Source of the DNA: a virus
Length of the DNA: 64,000 nucleotides
Virus record (IMG/VR): IMGVR_UViG_3300042197_004553
Coordinates: 15,094 to 79,093 of that record
Strand: one strand, 5' to 3'
Part shown: piece by piece, positions 32,946 to 41,855 of the stretch
Numbering within the stretch: the stretch's first letter is position 1
How the letters are laid out: every line of letters begins with the position of its first letter
Notes under the pieces: model-generated
The model's input: the letters and a program-made list of their open reading frames with translations, nothing else
Database searches by the model: none
What the model was told of the DNA's origin: nothing
Made by a program: the position numbers and the translations under genes

Positions 32946-35840
32946 TTAATTCATTCTCGGGACAATTGGATAGTTTCCATTAATCGGCTTTTCGTCAGGC
33001 TGTTTGTATTGGGGGCTGCGGTATTCGGCTGCGAGCGAACCCGGCGTTCCGCGCGCTTTGTCGATCAGGCCGCCATCTTGGTACTGCGCAATTCGCGGGT
33101 CTTGCTCTTTGTACGCGGGCTCGTCTTCCAGCCACTTCTTGCCAGGAAACGGATAGGTTTTGTCGCAGATTTTGTTCCGCACAGGACGCTCGGTCCAGCG
33201 GTCAGGGATATCGCCGCTGAGCCGGGCCATCTGCTGCCACCGGTCTTCGAACAGCAGGAAGTCGGGAATCATGTAGTCCTCGTCCTTGCGGAATGAGAAC
33301 TCCATAATCGTCATTACGCGCTCGTTTCCCGCGCGTTTGGCCGTATACCAGAATTCTTTGAACAACGCCTGATGCGTCTGGTCGGCAATCTGGGGGATGG
33401 TCTCGGTGACGAGGTCTTCGATCAGGTCCATCACCGGGTTGATTTCGCCTTGGCACTTTTCGTCGCACGGCGCTACGAAAATAAACCCTCGATTGGCGAT
33501 CTCTGTAAAGATGTGCCCCTTGGTCAGCAAACAACTGCCGCGTGCCAAAATATTTCCGTCTAACAAAATGTCACGGTCGGTGCCGATCGGGCCGCACAAC
33601 AGCGTAAATTTTTCGGAAAACATGTTGGATTTGCGCGTCGTCCAATCCTCGTCACCATCCCGGCTGCCGAAGAAGTGAAACTCGGCGCCCGTCATAAAGT
33701 TGTAAATAGCCCGTGATTTGGTGAGGATGTCGTTCCGGGCCTGCGCGGCGTCGATGGTGATATTTCCGTCTTCGATCTCGCCGCCACCGGTACGCAAGTA
33801 AATGTTTTTGGCGAGGCCGACGACGTTCGAGAAAGGTGCCCGGGCGACAACTCCGGCAAACTTGACGTCGTCGCCGCACTGTTCGAAATCATATTCGATC
33901 GATTTGGCGCGGCTTTCCAGCAAGATGCCGCCTTCGCGGTCAGACGTCTCGTTGCCCGCGAACACCAGTACGTTGCGCTCGGCTTTGATCCGGACGTTCT
34001 TTTCATTGGACGAGATATCGACGCTTTTGTTGGCTTTGGTAATGACGTCATTACCCGCCCACGCCTGCACATCTCGGCCGCCTTTCAGCCACACGTCGCC
34101 TGGGGCTGTGATGAACACGCAGCCGCCAGTCATTCGAATTTCCCCGCCGTAGCCGTCGCCGATGACCACGCCGCCGTCTTCTAGCAGCGAAATGTACGAC
34201 TCGGTTTCGTAATAGTTCTGCGTGCCGTACCGGTGGTCGATATAGAACTGTTTGGGCTGCTCTTCTTTTAAATACATCTGCGAGCCGGCCAGCATGCCAA
34301 ACGGCGGCACTTTCTGGTTGGCCTCGGCGTACGAAAGGTCTTGCTGTTCCCACGTCCGGTAATCGTTCTCGTGCCAGAAAAACGCATGCAGCCCTGAGTA
34401 GTTGTAAAGATATCCGTGCAGATCGAGTACGGCGGCAGCCCGTTGCAGGTTGGGGTAAGCGCTTTCGGTCGTGGCGATATCGCCCGTAATAGCGTGATCA
34501 GGTCCGGCGCCGTACTTTCCCGCGGCCTTGTAATTCGTGGTGGCGTCATCGCCGTTATTGATGTCTTCGGGACGTTTGAGGCGTTGCGGCATCGGCAGCA
34601 GCAGTCGCTTGGCGATGTGTACGCCCTTGGCCGACGCCATAAAAATACGGCCGTCCAGCGACTTATTCTCTTCGCTGAGGCCGAAGGCTGGTTCGGCTTC
34701 GTGCGCAGTGTCTTTCTCGCGCCCGCTTTTGCAGTTGTAGGTAAATCCACCGGCGGTCCCGACATCCGAGTCAAACGGCGTCGGGCCCTTGTCGCTCACA
34801 ATGCCGTCATACGTCCACTCGGCTTTACCCTGTGGTGGTGCGTGTACAACCTGCCGCATGCCCTGGCCGAGATATCCAAAGAACACCTGCGACCGATGAT
34901 ACGGCTGCGCGAACTCATGTTTATTTTCCCAGCGCGAATAGTACGGTTTCTCACGAAAGCACTGGTAGCAGGCCGGGTCGTATTCTTCGACAACAGGTTG
35001 CCCGGGAATGAGCACGCCGACGGCTTCCCACGGATAAGGCGCGTAGCCGGTGGCATCGTTGCACTCCGCCTGATCCATGTACGACTCGCGCTCGCTGCCG
35101 GCGGTCCACATCTGCAGGTTGTACCCAGCAACGCGGAGTAGCGAATCATGGTAAAAACCGTACACGCCGCAAAACTCGTTGACGGCAGTTTTAAACATGA
35201 AATCGTCGACCGTGACGCCAATTCCTGTGGTTGAAATAGCGCCCCATTCGCCGGCCAACGTCGCGTCATACGGGCGCCACGCGCTGTAGTCGGCCACCGC
35301 GCTGCTCTTGTCCTGCTTGATGTACTTTTTATGGGCGTCGTCAACGCGGTTGCGCGAGCATTGCGAGATGTAATCGTGAAACGCCCGCTGGCCAATATCC
35401 AGCGGGTCGGGCAGCACACCCAGAATGACGGCTTTGTTGTCTTTATCCGGTACCATGACGACCACCCGCGCGCCGGGTTGTATCGTCGTAATTTCTGTCG
35501 CCCCCAGGCATCCTTGGCCGGTTTTACTCAGCGCGGTTGCCAGCATGGGGCAGTGACCGTGATCCAGATGCACGCGGTAGCAATTCGCGATTGCCGTGCC
35601 GTCCATGACGACGCCGGTCAGCAATCGCCCGGTGTCTTGAAACCCGGTTTTGTAGCCCACTAACGCCTGATTCGGGTCGGCTACGGCTGCGGTGTGCGCA
35701 CCCCACGCGGTCGTGGTCGTTCGGCCCGCATACTGCGTCTGGCCCTGCAGCCGCCGGGTGGCGTAACTGGGGTCGTTATAGTACTGCGGTGACGTGGCAG
35801 GCGAGGCCTGCACGGGCCGATTCCCGCCGGGCAAAGACAT
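32946..35840 (-). CDS. VgrG/gp5-like baseplate hub-spike protein
   Basis: OB-fold-like PGARVVVM...AVILG and beta-helix-like repeats (ISLLEDGGVVIGDGYGGEIRMTGG...ITAPGDVWLKGGRDV). Confidence 0.55.
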   Translation of the reverse strand: MSLPGGNRPVQASPATSPQYYNDPSYATRRLQGQTQYAGRTTTTAWGAHTAAVADPNQALVGYKTGFQDTGRLLTGVVMDGTAIANCYRVHLDHGHCPMLATALSKTGQGCLGATEITTIQPGARVVVMVPDKDNKAVILGVLPDPLDIGQRAFHDYISQCSRNRVDDAHKKYIKQDKSSAVADYSAWRPYDATLAGEWGAISTTGIGVTVDDFMFKTAVNEFCGVYGFYHDSLLRVAGYNLQMWTAGSERESYMDQAECNDATGYAPYPWEAVGVLIPGQPVVEEYDPACYQCFREKPYYSRWENKHEFAQPYHRSQVFFGYLGQGMRQVVHAPPQGKAEWTYDGIVSDKGPTPFDSDVGTAGGFTYNCKSGREKDTAHEAEPAFGLSEENKSLDGRIFMASAKGVHIAKRLLLPMPQRLKRPEDINNGDDATTNYKAAGKYGAGPDHAITGDIATTESAYPNLQRAAAVLDLHGYLYNYSGLHAFFWHENDYRTWEQQDLSYAEANQKVPPFGMLAGSQMYLKEEQPKQFYIDHRYGTQNYYETESYISLLEDGGVVIGDGYGGEIRMTGGCVFITAPGDVWLKGGRDVQAWAGNDVITKANKSVDISSNEKNVRIKAERNVLVFAGNETSDREGGILLESRAKSIEYDFEQCGDDVKFAGVVARAPFSNVVGLAKNIYLRTGGGEIEDGNITIDAAQARNDILTKSRAIYNFMTGAEFHFFGSRDGDEDWTTRKSNMFSEKFTLLCGPIGTDRDILLDGNILARGSCLLTKGHIFTEIANRGFIFVAPCDEKCQGEINPVMDLIEDLVTETIPQIADQTHQALFKEFWYTAKRAGNERVMTIMEFSFRKDEDYMIPDFLLFEDRWQQMARLSGDIPDRWTERPVRNKICDKTYPFPGKKWLEDEPAYKEQDPRIAQYQDGGLIDKARGTPGSLAAEYRSPQYKQPDEKPINGNYPIVPRMN

Positions 35841-35898
35841 AAATATACCGGTTATAGGTTACGGGCATATTGCCCCGGGTGTTGCCACCCAATACCTT

Positions 35899-35931
35899 AA
35901 ACGGCGGCTGCGGGTTACGCAACCGCCGTTT
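35899..35931 (-). terminator. hairpin, probable terminator after the tail tube gene
   Basis: Minus strand AAACGGCGGUUGCG-uaacc-CGCAGCCGCCGUUU (14 bp with one G-U). Confidence 0.6.
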
Positions 35932-35958
35932 TGGTGTTTAAATCGACGGCGTGTCGAA

Positions 35959-36429
35959 TCAGTTGTATTCGAGGTCGACGAACATGAAGCCCATGTTTTC
36001 GGTTACCACGATGTCTTGGGCTGTGACCGACGCGCCAATCGTATTCAGCGTCGCCGAGATCATCTTGTACTTCACGCCCTGACCTGTTGCCGCGCACTGC
36101 GCTCCGCCAACTTCTAACTCAAGGTGGTTTTCCTTGGCTTTGCAGATGTCGCCGAACTGGGTGATCATCGACGTAAAATTCTTCGATCCGCCCACCACGC
36201 GGCTGAACTGCGCCGTCCCCTGTCGCCGGTCGCCGACGTAATACACGGCCGGTGAGCCGATCTCGTACAACATGTTGAGCGACCGCTGGCAGGTGATCTG
36301 CGCCTGTTGCACCAGCGCCCCCACGTCGCCCTTCGCGAGCCCGGGGAAGGTCAGGTACACGTCTTCAGCGCGGATTACGCCCTGCAGCGATTGCGACTTG
36401 CCACTATAAATAGACTGTCCAGCGGGCAT
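35959..36429 (-). CDS. tail tube protein
   Basis: 156 aa right after the sheath; LYEIGS motif; AAGGAG Shine-Dalgarno. Confidence 0.7.
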   Translation of the reverse strand: MPAGQSIYSGKSQSLQGVIRAEDVYLTFPGLAKGDVGALVQQAQITCQRSLNMLYEIGSPAVYYVGDRRQGTAQFSRVVGGSKNFTSMITQFGDICKAKENHLELEVGGAQCAATGQGVKYKMISATLNTIGASVTAQDIVVTENMGFMFVDLEYN

Positions 36430-36453
36430 AGTGTTAACTCCTTAAGTTTTCTG

Positions 36454-39400
36454 TCAGACCACTAAGTGCAGTTCGATGTTGTTCAGCGGCGCCGGAACAA
36501 CAAGGTCCAACACGATTTCGACTCGGTCACGGAGAAGCGGATGCACGTTCAGTTTCCGGATTTCTCCCGAGATCAGTTGCGAGCCCAATTCCAGCGTGTT
36601 GCCGTTGTTGATCAAGAAGTAGATGATCGACTCAATCTCGAACCGCAGGCGACGGATCATGCCAGCTTGCACGTTGGTCCGGCCGATGTACGGCTTCAGC
36701 CGCCGCAGGAACAAGTACGACATGCTGTCCACGTTCCGGCGGATCATCTCTTCCCGACGATTCAGGTCGAGGTTGTCCGTCGTGAGCGCGTGCCGCGTGT
36801 GCGGGGTGCCGTCGCGGTCTTCCGTGACGATCCACACGCCGGCTTCCGCCATACGATTTAACTGCGTTTCGTTGAAGTACTTGTACGACCGACTGTAGTC
36901 GTCGAAACCGGCAACTTCAACATTTGTCAGCGGCTGGTGCGGCACCACGCCCGACACAAGCCCGGCAAGCGCCGCCGCCAGATAGTAGCCCGGCTGCAGT
37001 GTGCCAGCCTCGCCCACCTGATCGGGCCACACGCCCACCACGCGCCGATTCGACAGCGAACCGGCCTGCTGCGCAATGTCCTCGGCAACTTCGTTGCGAT
37101 TCCGGTTGTGCCAGATTTCAAACCGCTGCGCCTGCGTCACGGCCGCGTCGGCGCCCGTGTACAGAAGCAGCGAATTCTCCGACAGCACCTGATCCACAAC
37201 GTATTCGTCGTACTGCTCCTCGCCGAGCGAGTCGACGACGAAGTTGTACCGGACGATATCGCCGGGTTGCACGTTATTGGCAATAAAGTACCCGCTCGAA
37301 CCCGTCGGGACCTGCAACCGGGTGTACTGGTTGCCCGTCGCGTTCGGGTCGTCGCCGAGCGTCGCCAGCGTGTCATTTTCAATGACATTGCCGGACACGC
37401 CAGCAATCGGCGCGCCCTGGCCAACCACCAGTTGCTTGGGCTCTGCCTTGAGGGCGAAGAACCCGGCCTTCCAGTTGTTGGCGATCTCGTTCGATTCGCC
37501 GGTGATGTGCGCAGCCCAGAGATTCTGAACCGAGCGATCAAACGTCAACGGAACGAGGTTATACAGATCGTCGCGACCCTTGAGGCGCTCCAGCACCTCG
37601 CCCCAACTGTCGAGATCAGGGCCGGTTTCGCGATAATTCTCGGCATGGTATTCAACCGGATGCGCCACGGCGGTGTACTTCACCACGGTGCCGTTGCTGT
37701 TAGAGAGCGCCTTGTACACGCCCCACTTCAGCGGATTATCCGGATGCAACTGGCCCGCAATGTCGTCCAGATCGGCCACCGTGCTAATCGAATTGACCTC
37801 ATCGGCCAAATCGGCCAGAAATTCACGATACTCGACGTAGAGGGCGCCAGCGGTGACCGGCAGCGGTTGTTCTACGCCGTCCTCGGTCCACTCGGGGTGG
37901 TACGCCGTGATGCCTTCCTGCACGCAGATTTGCGTGTCCTCGAACCAGTAGTTCGTCAGGTTCGGGGCTTCGGGCCGCGTGCGCGACACCTGAATATCGT
38001 CCTTGATGAACAACTGCAGGTCTAACGACGTAGCTGCCGCCAGTTCCGACGACAGGTCATCGCGCAGGATTAACTTGCGCACCGGGCCGGCCACACTGGA
38101 CACCACCGCGACGTAGAACTTGTCGCCCTTGCGCAGGCCGACGTTTCCAATAGATGCCGTCGCCGTTGCCCCCGTGCCGCCACCGCCCGAAAACGACACC
38201 GTCGGAGCCGACAGGTAGCCGCTGCCCGGGTTAGTGAGCGTGATCGCCGTAACCGCGCCAGAGGCGACCGTGGCCGTCGCCGTCGCCTGGGTGCCGCCAG
38301 CCGGCGGCGCCGACAAGGTTACTGTCGGAGGCGTCGTGTACCCCGTACCGCCGGCGTCCACGGCGACCGACGCCACGGGCGAAACAACCGACAGTTTAAC
38401 TTTGACACCGTTCGTGCCGATTCCGATCGACCCGCCGTTTTGCGTCACTTCCGTCGGGCCAGAGAAATCAAGGCCCTTCACCGTCCGCACGGTGACCTCG
38501 GGATAGCCGTTCGCCGCGGCCGAAATCGCGTCAAACCGGCCACCCTTAGTGACCTCGACAATGTACACGTCATTTTTGCTGCCGGCATACCGGGCAAGAA
38601 TGTCGCCGGCGGAGTTGGTGGAGTACGGCGTTGCCGCATCGGAAGCGGCGGTCGCAACGCGAAACGCCTGCCGAACCGACACCACCCACTTCTGCCCGGT
38701 CACAAACACGTCCGCCGCCACGCCGTTGTCGTCCGCAGCGTCTTCGCACGCGGTGGTAGACAAAACGTTAAATTTGACGCGCAGCCCGCGTGTGCCAATA
38801 TTTGTAAACTCGTCCATATCCGACGGCACAACGTCATCGACGTCGTCCCGGCCACTCGCGCTCCGGACGCGCAGCCGCGCGGCGGCGCACCCCGATACGC
38901 TGCTCTTCACGACCTGAATCGTGTACTCTTCAGCGACATCGCCGCTGGCCAGCCCGTTGTACAACGAACCGTCCACCGTGGTGAGTTTGACGCAGTTTTC
39001 CTTGCCGGCCACCTGCAGGTAATTGTTGTCGCTGCTCGGGCTGCTGGCGGAGGCGGTGACGGTCGACTGGTTGTTGGCGTCGGCCGAGGCCGGCTTGATC
39101 AGCGAGTTGACGGCATCGCTGGCGAACCCAGTGACTTCCGTCCACAGCGTCTTCTCGTCGCAGGTGTCATTCGTGTTCACGACTGTTCGAACGTAGACCA
39201 CGTCGCCCACCTTCACGTCGCGGTCGTTGAACGCGCTGCTCCGAGGATACGCCGACGTGTTGGATTTGAACGAGAGGTTATTCGACTGAATCCAGTTCGA
39301 CTTGCCGCTGACGGCGGTGATTGTCGTGGCGGTGTCTTGCAGGTCGTGGTCAAAGTACTTGAGGAGCGCGTTGTCCACGTACAGCTTGCCGTACGACAGG

Positions 39401-39621
39401 TCAACCACGGACCCGGCCTTCCGGCCCGGCCACGGGTAGCACACGTCGGTCAGCGGATCGTACGCGCCAAGCCCGCTGGCCTGTTTTTCGTCGCGGTCGC
39501 TGTAGCGGTGGAGCACAGCATGCGGACCAGCAACGTGCGCGCGGAGCGGTTCAGTAATCTCCGTCGGGACGATGCTGAACTCTTGGAATACCAGAACCTG
39601 TGGCTTAATGTAACTCGACAT
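36454..39621 (-). CDS. contractile tail sheath protein
   Basis: N-terminal YIKPQVLVFQEF; C-terminal AAALAGL...PLTN...QLNRMAEAGV...RHALTT...VPAPLNNIELHL typical of sheath proteins. Confidence 0.85.
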   Translation of the reverse strand: MSSYIKPQVLVFQEFSIVPTEITEPLRAHVAGPHAVLHRYSDRDEKQASGLGAYDPLTDVCYPWPGRKAGSVVDLSYGKLYVDNALLKYFDHDLQDTATTITAVSGKSNWIQSNNLSFKSNTSAYPRSSAFNDRDVKVGDVVYVRTVVNTNDTCDEKTLWTEVTGFASDAVNSLIKPASADANNQSTVTASASSPSSDNNYLQVAGKENCVKLTTVDGSLYNGLASGDVAEEYTIQVVKSSVSGCAAARLRVRSASGRDDVDDVVPSDMDEFTNIGTRGLRVKFNVLSTTACEDAADDNGVAADVFVTGQKWVVSVRQAFRVATAASDAATPYSTNSAGDILARYAGSKNDVYIVEVTKGGRFDAISAAANGYPEVTVRTVKGLDFSGPTEVTQNGGSIGIGTNGVKVKLSVVSPVASVAVDAGGTGYTTPPTVTLSAPPAGGTQATATATVASGAVTAITLTNPGSGYLSAPTVSFSGGGGTGATATASIGNVGLRKGDKFYVAVVSSVAGPVRKLILRDDLSSELAAATSLDLQLFIKDDIQVSRTRPEAPNLTNYWFEDTQICVQEGITAYHPEWTEDGVEQPLPVTAGALYVEYREFLADLADEVNSISTVADLDDIAGQLHPDNPLKWGVYKALSNSNGTVVKYTAVAHPVEYHAENYRETGPDLDSWGEVLERLKGRDDLYNLVPLTFDRSVQNLWAAHITGESNEIANNWKAGFFALKAEPKQLVVGQGAPIAGVSGNVIENDTLATLGDDPNATGNQYTRLQVPTGSSGYFIANNVQPGDIVRYNFVVDSLGEEQYDEYVVDQVLSENSLLLYTGADAAVTQAQRFEIWHNRNRNEVAEDIAQQAGSLSNRRVVGVWPDQVGEAGTLQPGYYLAAALAGLVSGVVPHQPLTNVEVAGFDDYSRSYKYFNETQLNRMAEAGVWIVTEDRDGTPHTRHALTTDNLDLNRREEMIRRNVDSMSYLFLRRLKPYIGRTNVQAGMIRRLRFEIESIIYFLINNGNTLELGSQLISGEIRKLNVHPLLRDRVEIVLDLVVPAPLNNIELHLVV

Positions 39622-39673
39622 GCGAAGGCCTCCGTGCCCCAGTTATTTGTGTGCGGTCAAGTGCTTAGCGAGT

Positions 39674-39680
39674 AGTATAC
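39674..39680 (-). promoter_or_regulatory. putative -10 element GTATACT (class B)
   Basis: Intergenic, upstream of the sheath gene; recurs at 41789 and 46494. Confidence 0.45.
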
Positions 39681-39722
39681 ACAACCACTTCAGCAAGAAA
39701 AAAACACTTGTAAAAGCAAAAT

Positions 39723-40433
39723 TTACCCTGACAACAAATCTGACGCCTTGAAGACAATCCGCTTAAGTCGCGGAACGAGCGGCTGTGTGGCCCATGTTTC
39801 TTGCGCCACATACGCTACCGTGACCGGGACGGCATAGCCCTGAGTCACCTCTTGGACTTCTCCAACACCACCCACCTGCGCGACATAGAACTTAAAAAAG
39901 TCCATTTGTTGCCGGATGAGCGGCGAGAAAAGGATTAGAAATTTAACGACCTCCGTAGACAAAAATTCGGCCTCGGCGCCTGCTTGGGACAGGCAAAACA
40001 ACGTGTGGCTCCCCTCCCAAAACCCCGAATACGACGTTTCTCCAGTATAAACATTCTCCACGGATTTGTCACCAATAACGCGGCTCGACCATTGCCACTG
40101 ATTACGTTTAATAAGCACGGCGGGGCGCTTGTCCGCGGTATTTGGCGCCCAGCGGGTGATGCTCTCCACTAAGATGCCGTCTGGACTGGCGCCGTTGTTT
40201 TCTGGCTGCCAGCCGCCGACTGCAGTAATGTGCCGGCGCACTCGCGGGTCTTCGATATTCTGTGGGTCCGTGAAATGGCCGATCAGTAATTGCCGTAAAA
40301 AGCCCGTCATGACGTGGGGCCGCATGCCGTAGGAACACAGCGCACTGACTTTGGGGACACGGTTCTCCGGTAAAGAATCTTCCGGAAAATCGGGGCCGCC
40401 GACGATGTCGTCTGGATTGGGGCAGTCGGTCAT
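39723..40433 (-). CDS. putative tail terminator/neck protein
   Basis: 236 aa immediately upstream of the sheath; KRPAVLIKR. Confidence 0.5.
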   Translation of the reverse strand: MTDCPNPDDIVGGPDFPEDSLPENRVPKVSALCSYGMRPHVMTGFLRQLLIGHFTDPQNIEDPRVRRHITAVGGWQPENNGASPDGILVESITRWAPNTADKRPAVLIKRNQWQWSSRVIGDKSVENVYTGETSYSGFWEGSHTLFCLSQAGAEAEFLSTEVVKFLILFSPLIRQQMDFFKFYVAQVGGVGEVQEVTQGYAVPVTVAYVAQETWATQPLVPRLKRIVFKASDLLSG

Positions 40434-40540
40434 GGCGTCCCCTGCGGTTTTTTATAGAGGCTGATGGTAGGAATCAGTTTAATTTTGTCGAGACGCAGTG
40501 TTACAGGCGGTGGCGCGGCGGGCGTGACTTTTTGGCTCAT
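40430..40540 (-). CDS. 36-aa microprotein MSQKVTPAAPPPVTLRLDKIKLIPTISLYKKPQGTP
   Basis: Fills the gap exactly, with ATGA start/stop overlaps at both ends. Confidence 0.55.
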   Translation of the reverse strand: MSQKVTPAAPPPVTLRLDKIKLIPTISLYKKPQGTP

Positions 40541-41781
40541 ATATCCCAAAATCCGTTGTCGTTAGCGGGTTTCACAATGCGCCCAGGCGGTTTGGCCGGC
40601 GGCCGAGCCGGTCCCCCCGCAAACACGACCGGCAGCGGCGCTTCGGGGGCGGTGACTGTCAACGCCCGAATATCTGGCCCAAACTCGCCCGGCTTTTCGT
40701 ACAGAATAACGTACTGCCCAGCATCCAGGCGAACAGATTGCGTCCATCGACCATTGACCCGAGTCGTCGTCTTCCCGACAGCCAAGTTGCGGTTGATCGG
40801 TAGGCCGTGTGCATCAAAATGCGCTTTGGTAAAGATGTAAATATCGGCGCCGGTGATCGGACAGCCGTCGGCCTGCGTATAAATAAGGTTGTCGGCGCCG
40901 CCATAATCCTGATCGACCACGACGGCCCCGCACCCGACGATTGGCAGTGTCGGGCCTTGTCGCGCCGGGGGTTCACCGCCGATTTCTAGCGCGTAGATCG
41001 GATTACTGAACGGCAACAAGCCCATTTTGACTTGGTAAACCACCGGGACGTTGCGGACTGCGGCCAGCACCTGAATGGTTTCGACCAGCCAGCGCTCGTC
41101 CGAGGCGCCGTTAATCCAAACGTCGCCTTTGTTCAACGCCGGAAACCCGATAACGCGCGCATTCACGTAGGCGTTTTCCCGGGTGGCGCCTTTTACATTG
41201 TTGTCAATATCTTCTTGAATCAATTGCGGCGACAGGTCCCAACACTGCATGGGCAGGGTCGGGTGGAAGCCGATTTCAAAACCGGTACCGCTGCACACCG
41301 GGCAATACGAGTCGGTCACCTCTTGGGTGAGCCCGTCGCGGCAGCGTTTGCAGGGTACGCCGTAGCGGAGCGGCTTGGCCAGATACCCGGGCGCCGAAAC
41401 CAGCCGGTGCCTCAACTTTTCTTTGCGGATGATCTCGCGCACCAGCAGCCAGTCTCGCTCCGGAAGTTCACCGAAACAGTTGGCGGCCTGCGAAACATAG
41501 GTGCCGACCGGCGTGGTGAGTTTCACGCGGTAGTGCGTCAGAATATCGTACCCGCCTTCGCGCCACGCGGGGTCGGCGGCAAAGTACGTGTTGGTGACCG
41601 GCGACCCGACGTTTTCCCAGTCAAACGAGTCGCGGACGCCAGAGCGCCCGAACTGCAGTTGAAAGGTGTAGGGCCCGGGGTCGTTAAATAGCCGCTCTAA
41701 CTGCCACCACACGCGGGTTACGCCGCGTACCATGTGGTCAACAGATACCCGGCGGAACGGGAAAATGCGAGATTGGCTCAT
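40537..41781 (-). CDS. putative neck/head-closure protein with zinc finger
   Basis: CKRC...CPVCSGTG; ALNKGDVWI...RWLVETI head-closure-like segment; synteny. Confidence 0.5.
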   Translation of the reverse strand: MSQSRIFPFRRVSVDHMVRGVTRVWWQLERLFNDPGPYTFQLQFGRSGVRDSFDWENVGSPVTNTYFAADPAWREGGYDILTHYRVKLTTPVGTYVSQAANCFGELPERDWLLVREIIRKEKLRHRLVSAPGYLAKPLRYGVPCKRCRDGLTQEVTDSYCPVCSGTGFEIGFHPTLPMQCWDLSPQLIQEDIDNNVKGATRENAYVNARVIGFPALNKGDVWINGASDERWLVETIQVLAAVRNVPVVYQVKMGLLPFSNPIYALEIGGEPPARQGPTLPIVGCGAVVVDQDYGGADNLIYTQADGCPITGADIYIFTKAHFDAHGLPINRNLAVGKTTTRVNGRWTQSVRLDAGQYVILYEKPGEFGPDIRALTVTAPEAPLPVVFAGGPARPPAKPPGRIVKPANDNGFWDI

Positions 41782-41788
41782 AAACCAA

Positions 41789-41795
41789 AGTATAC
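41789..41795 (-). promoter_or_regulatory. putative -10 element GTATACT (class B)
   Basis: Between the terminator and ATG 41781, 7 nt from the start codon, which suggests a leaderless transcript. Confidence 0.45.
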
Positions 41796-41811
41796 CTGAC
41801 CGCTGATAGCT

Positions 41812-41855
41812 AAAAAAAAGGCCGGGGAGAGTTCATGACTCTCTCCCCGGCCTTT
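41812..41855 (-). terminator. intrinsic terminator closing the AAA-VWA-RNA unit
   Basis: Minus strand AAAGGCCGGGGAGAG...CTCTCCCCGGCCTTT, 15-bp stem running into a T8 tract. Confidence 0.85.

Noticed and set aside
20984-39621. Extracellular contractile injection system or tailocin rather than a phage
   Set aside because: Capsid, protease, scaffold, neck, RNAP and primase-like genes are present in the same gene array
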